NCBI GenBank assembly: GCA_964187785.1
Contig: OZ076409.1
Span: 81,656,001-81,720,000 of the forward strand
Source of the DNA: Amphiscolops sp. MND2022
Taxonomy: Eukaryota
Length of the DNA stretch: 64,000 nt
Reading direction: 5' to 3'
Within the stretch, counting starts at the first letter, position 1, and every line of letters starts with the position of its first letter. Both the position numbers and the translations under genes were made by a program. Under the pieces are notes generated by a model. That model did no database searches. It saw nothing but the letters and a program-made list of their open reading frames with translations, and was not told where the DNA came from. This document shows, in pieces, positions 59,736-64,000 of this stretch.

Positions 59736-60058
59736 CTATCCCATTTGGTTTTCCAAAGCTTCAATCACGGTTTGGCACGGAGGGTAGACCTCAATTTTTA
59801 GTCGATGCTCCATCGGAAGTCTTATTCTCCAACTATCAACATTCACACTTGCATTGCGAGCTCGTTCAGGGTTGAAACCTCCCCAGAGAACTTCCTCTGA
59901 CTGTGTCAATTCTTGGGCCTTCTTGCAAACTGATTCTTCAAAAGATAGCCCTGCAAACTTCATTATCTGTTCCAATGTGTCTTTTGGGTTTTTCACCACC
60001 TGGCTGTATTCAATCTGTAGAAACCTAGATTTTCCAAAAGCTCGTACAAACGATTCAC
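59736..60058 (-). CDS. Last exon of a second sulfotransferase paralog; upstream exons not found in the window
   Basis: CAG|GT GAA acceptor in the same phase as exon 52459-52128. GESFVRAFGKSRFLQIEY..GGFNPE..WR..LP..HRL.IE.Y.PCQ aligns with that exon. Confidence 0.75.
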
Positions 60059-60225
60059 CTGTAGGAAAACAGAAATTATGAAACTCAATCAGTTCAAGAG
60101 CTTGTCATTATTGAATTTTTGCCCATTGCGATATGGTAACTAGTATTAGCTGTTTTAAATCCAAAAGTTTTTCATGTTCCAATTTCTTTCAATAGATCGA
60201 TGTTTTTCAACAGAAATCAACAAAG

Positions 60226-60757
60226 AACAAGACGGGAACGTCTCAAGTCGGCGCTATATCTAAGGCTCAAAAATCGCAAAACATTTTTTTTGGAAAAAAA
60301 CTTGAAATTTTCGAAAAAAAAATTCTTTCGGAAAATGTCGCACAGTGCCGAAAAATGTAAAAGGGGGACCCTTTTTGATTTATAAACACGCATTCTGTAG
60401 CAAAATAACAAAAAACTCAAAGGGGGGACCCTTTGGGGACATTAAAAAAATTTCGAAAAAAAGTCTCACAGTGCCGAAAAAAATCGAAAGGGGGGGGACT
60501 TTAGTCCCGTCCGGGCTTGTATGTAACGTTTAAAAAGTAAATGAATGCGCTCCCCGTTTGCCTTTAGCGGTCCAGTAGTTTAGTACTTATTTAGTAGTTG
60601 AACGTTAATTTTAACGTTCGTCGCTTCGAGTCTGTCTTAATAAAAAAAACGAGTGACTGTAATAGTCGGGCTCTTTTCTTAAGAAAAGCGCCGACTAAAA
60701 AAAAACGAGTGACTGTAATAGTCGGGCTCTTTTCTTAAGAAAAGCGCCGACTAAAAA
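60226..60757 (-). mobile_element. HINE/DINE-1-like element, copy G, with tandemly duplicated terminal hairpin
   Basis: The terminal ~57 bp (AAAACGAGTGACTGTAATAGTCGGGCTCTTTTCTTAAGAAAAGCGCCGACTAAAA) is present twice. Confidence 0.78.
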
Positions 60758-61971
60758 CGTAGGTTCATAACATGTGTATGCCTTGAGATATTTGGAGTCT
60801 TTGAAAACCAGCCCCAAATTCAGCCTAGTTGCTTCCAGAAATAACAGATGAGCTGAAAAAATATTTTTGATACTCTTACGCATTTTTTGTACAATTTTTG
60901 AGTATTTTCAGAAATGTAAATCAAAACTGTAAATGATGAAAGCCTACAAAGTTCATCTCTGTAAGTTCTCTGAAAAGAAGTGTCTGATATCAACTGAAAA
61001 CGTTCGAACAGTAAAAGGTTTCCATTTTTGAGGTCTTTGCAAAGACTGTCATTCAGGTGCTCAGCGGGCGTCTTGTTTCATAACTGTCTGGTGAAAGACG
61101 TCATTCATTCAAACGAGACGAGATGCTTCCCGTATCAAACATAGCATGTAGTTCCACGGACATCCATCCATGGAACCACATTGCCCCACACAAAAGGTTC
61201 ATGCCGTTTGTCATCTTCTTGGAATTGCATGGAACCATTTTGTAACAATATTCACTGGCATACGCAGAAAATATAGTAGTTACGAAGCAATCGAAGCAGC
61301 CAACAGCATGTCCTGAGCTTGTCTTCGGACGACAAATAGCCGAGAAAGCATTTAGAAGGCAGACGGCAAAGGCGAACCGACCAAAAATGGTGTTAAGCAG
61401 GTTGTTATTGCCAGCCGTTGTCAGATAAGCAATGTTGCAATGTTGCGTGTCTTTACTTTTTTAGTGCTAATGGTCCCAGCTCGTGATCTAAGATACCTTT
61501 TAGTGCCATTCTTTGATATGATTGGTGTAGATTGTACGCTGCTTGTACTTCGTGAAAAGAATCTTTCATTTTCGTGAAACCCTTGATATGAATTTTGTAA
61601 GGATTCTCATTAAAAGCGACAAGTATATGAAGATCGTACGTATTAAGCCGCAGGCTATCACACTACCAAGCTATCACATCCTGAATATGTGAATCCGATG
61701 TTCGAGTGGTGCATGGGTAAACAAGATCTTTTCAAGGCTTTCAAATGTGAACAGGTTCATGTAAAAAATGCAATTGCTTCAAGATATTTTGCTGTGTGTC
61801 GAGGATAGTTAGACAGCAGTCTTCAATAATTTGCAAAAGTTATTTTGTCAACTATTGATTTTTTGGACATGAAACTTTCGAAAAGTTATTGAAACTAAAA
61901 GAAGTATTGAAACAGTTTTTGTCAGTAATTGTATATGTAACTTGACTCATGTAACAGGGTGCCGCTTCGAT

Positions 61972-62482
61972 TATTAATGTGCTGATTTGAATCAGAAAAA
62001 AATAAGGCAATCAAATTCCAGTAACTTGAAATCCGAATGAGCAAAAACTGAATAGTTTGGAAAAAAAGAGTCGGTTTCGAAGAAGTTGTGAGAAAAAAAC
62101 ACAAACAGAGACGAAAGAAGGTTCCTTTTCGACGAGCTGCTCAACGAATTCCCATCGCTCTGCAACTATCTCGGAGACAGCACAAATGGCGATACAATTT
62201 CACATGATTCAGCTATCGAGACTGCGATTGTCAAAGTTATCCGTTCTGTACCACTCACACAGCATAGAAAAACTTTGCTGAATGAATTTACTATTGAAAC
62301 AGAAGTAGTTGCTCGAGTACTAGTTGCTTTGTCAATTATTACTGTGCTCAATTGAATCAGAACAAAAATCAGGCAATCAAATTCCTGTAACTTGAAATCT
62401 TTGATTGAACAAATAGTGAATAGTTTGGAAAAAATAGAGTCGGTTTCAAAGAAGGTGTGAGAAAAAAGCACAAACATAGATG
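61972..62482 (+). repeat. Diverged ~140-bp direct repeat (61972-62112 / 62337-62482)
   Basis: Shared TGAATCAGAA..AGGCAATCAAATTCC.GTAACTTGAAATC..TGAATAGTTTGGAAAAA.AGAGTCGGTTTC. Confidence 0.75.
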
Positions 62483-63313
62483 TCACTGAAGCACGGGAAC
62501 GTACATCGTTCGGAACATAGCAAAATCTATGGATCTGAAGACCGATCGGAAGTGCAACATGAACGTTCAATTCTTGAGTGCCTCTAAATCACTGCCTGTT
62601 TCTCGCACAAATTTCACAATTGACGCATACGCTGACAACGAAAAGACATTTTCGGCTCAGAATGCATTCTGTACTGACCATATCTATCTCCTGCCAGCTG
62701 ACTCTGACGAACTTTACTCAATTTGCTAATCCTGACCTCACTTACGTCACATCAAGTTCCCGCATATCAATAACGGACACATCGGAGTTCTTCTCGGAAC
62801 TGCCTGTATAGCCTTCACCTCTGCCCTTGAATGGATCCGACTCTTGAAGTTGCTAACGACAGGGGTCAAAGTTATTCCTTGTAAATACCCTGGCTCCAAA
62901 TGCCCAGACCAGAATAACTAAGTTGATCAATTTGTTAACCAATCATTCCGATGACCGTGCTTTGCTCACGAAAGGGGCCAAAATTAAAATTAGTTGAGCA
63001 ACTCTTGATGAGACATCCTTTGAAATTACATTTTCTTGTAATGGGAAACCCGGTGACAGATCAATCAATTGTTATAATTGTACTAATTAGTAGCTACAAG
63101 GTATTTTATTTGCACGTAAATTGCGTGGAAGAAATACACGTGTACATGTGCGCAACTTGCATTGAATGCAGTTTATACGTACTATGCACGGTACAACTTA
63201 GTAATGATACCTAATTATTTGTTGAATCATTGTTTACTTTGACTGTTATACGATGCGTTGGTATGATTTGGAGTTAAAATGAACGCTGAGTTTTAAATGC
63301 ATATAAACATGGT

Positions 63314-63540
63314 GTAAGTTAGTCAAACGTTGACCACATTCCACTTTTTGCAACTTGCAGACCGATATACTTGCAATAAGTGGAAGTTAGTCAAAGTTTT
63401 CACTGAATTACGAAAAAGTGCATTTTTGGACTAACTTCCACTTTTCACTAGTTACGTGCCTTGACTAGCTTTTACTATTTTCCATTACGCGCGTTGACAC
63501 AGCTACACCGTCCAGGCATAGACCGTATTGACTAACTTAC
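63314..63540. mobile_element. Small MITE-like element
   Basis: GTAAGTTAGTCAA at 63314 is inverted as TTGACTAACTTAC ending at 63540; the motif also recurs internally. Confidence 0.55.
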
Positions 63541-63559
63541 GCTGAATGACCATTTCACG

Positions 63560-64000
63560 GATTACACAGATTACGCTGCGTGACTGAAATCCAATTTACC
63601 GGGATGTGTCTCGTAATGCAGGCTCTGCCAACCACCCTTCTGGGATCCGAACCGAACTTGGATGGACGATTGCTGGCGAGTTCCATGTTCCCCGAAGAAA
63701 GAAAAGCCGGCAAATAAATTCTCTCATCTCTTACGCAACCGCTTTTCTTAGTCCCGAACAATTGTTCTCCAATTCTAATGACATCGATTTTCTTCAACAT
63801 TTCTGGAACATAGAAAATACAGCCGTTGAACCGCAAGTTCATCATACACGGAACAAAGAAGAGCTGCAAGCTCTTCGAACACTTCACGACACGATTCGCC
63901 ATACAGGGGAACGTTAGGAAAATGGTCTCCCTTGGAAATCTGATGACTCTCTCCCAAACAACTACTTCGCTGCCTTGAGCCAGCTTCGCAGCCTTCAAAA
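63560..64000 (+). mobile_element. BEL/Pao LTR retrotransposon pol fragment (decayed, runs off the window)
   Basis: RTELGWTIAG, LQHFWNIE, R*..GLPWK and LPNNY..A..QL.SL: the linker between protease and RT in Pao elements. Confidence 0.8.

Overview
AT-rich eukaryotic (probably invertebrate animal) genomic DNA with spliceosomal introns and dense transposable elements. The centrepiece is a complete 21.46-kb Polinton/Maverick (endogenous adintovirus-like virus) at 28968-50428, with AGTAGT...ACTACT ends, ~355-bp TIRs and a 6-bp TTCATG target-site duplication. It encodes a DEDD-like nuclease (broken by a stop), a packaging ATPase, an rve integrase, minor and major capsid proteins, a basic core-like protein, an adenain protease and a protein-primed PolB. 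It also carries a 3.72-kb internal tandem duplication of the capsid-protease module, whose junction makes an in-frame 621-aa ORF-X::major-capsid fusion, and a 498/499-bp x ~5 array with A-B-A-B-A higher-order structure. Host genes are two paralogous NEU1-type sialidases (+) and a carbohydrate sulfotransferase (-) plus the last exon of a paralog. The first sialidase has an extra intron that looks like a TIR transposon removed precisely by splicing (Introner-like intron gain). The rest is at least seven Helentron/DINE-1-like non-autonomous elements, a dead Tigger/pogo, a dead Merlin, hAT and other MITEs, LINE and BEL/Pao fragments, and minisatellites. All calls come from manual motif reading; no database searches were run.
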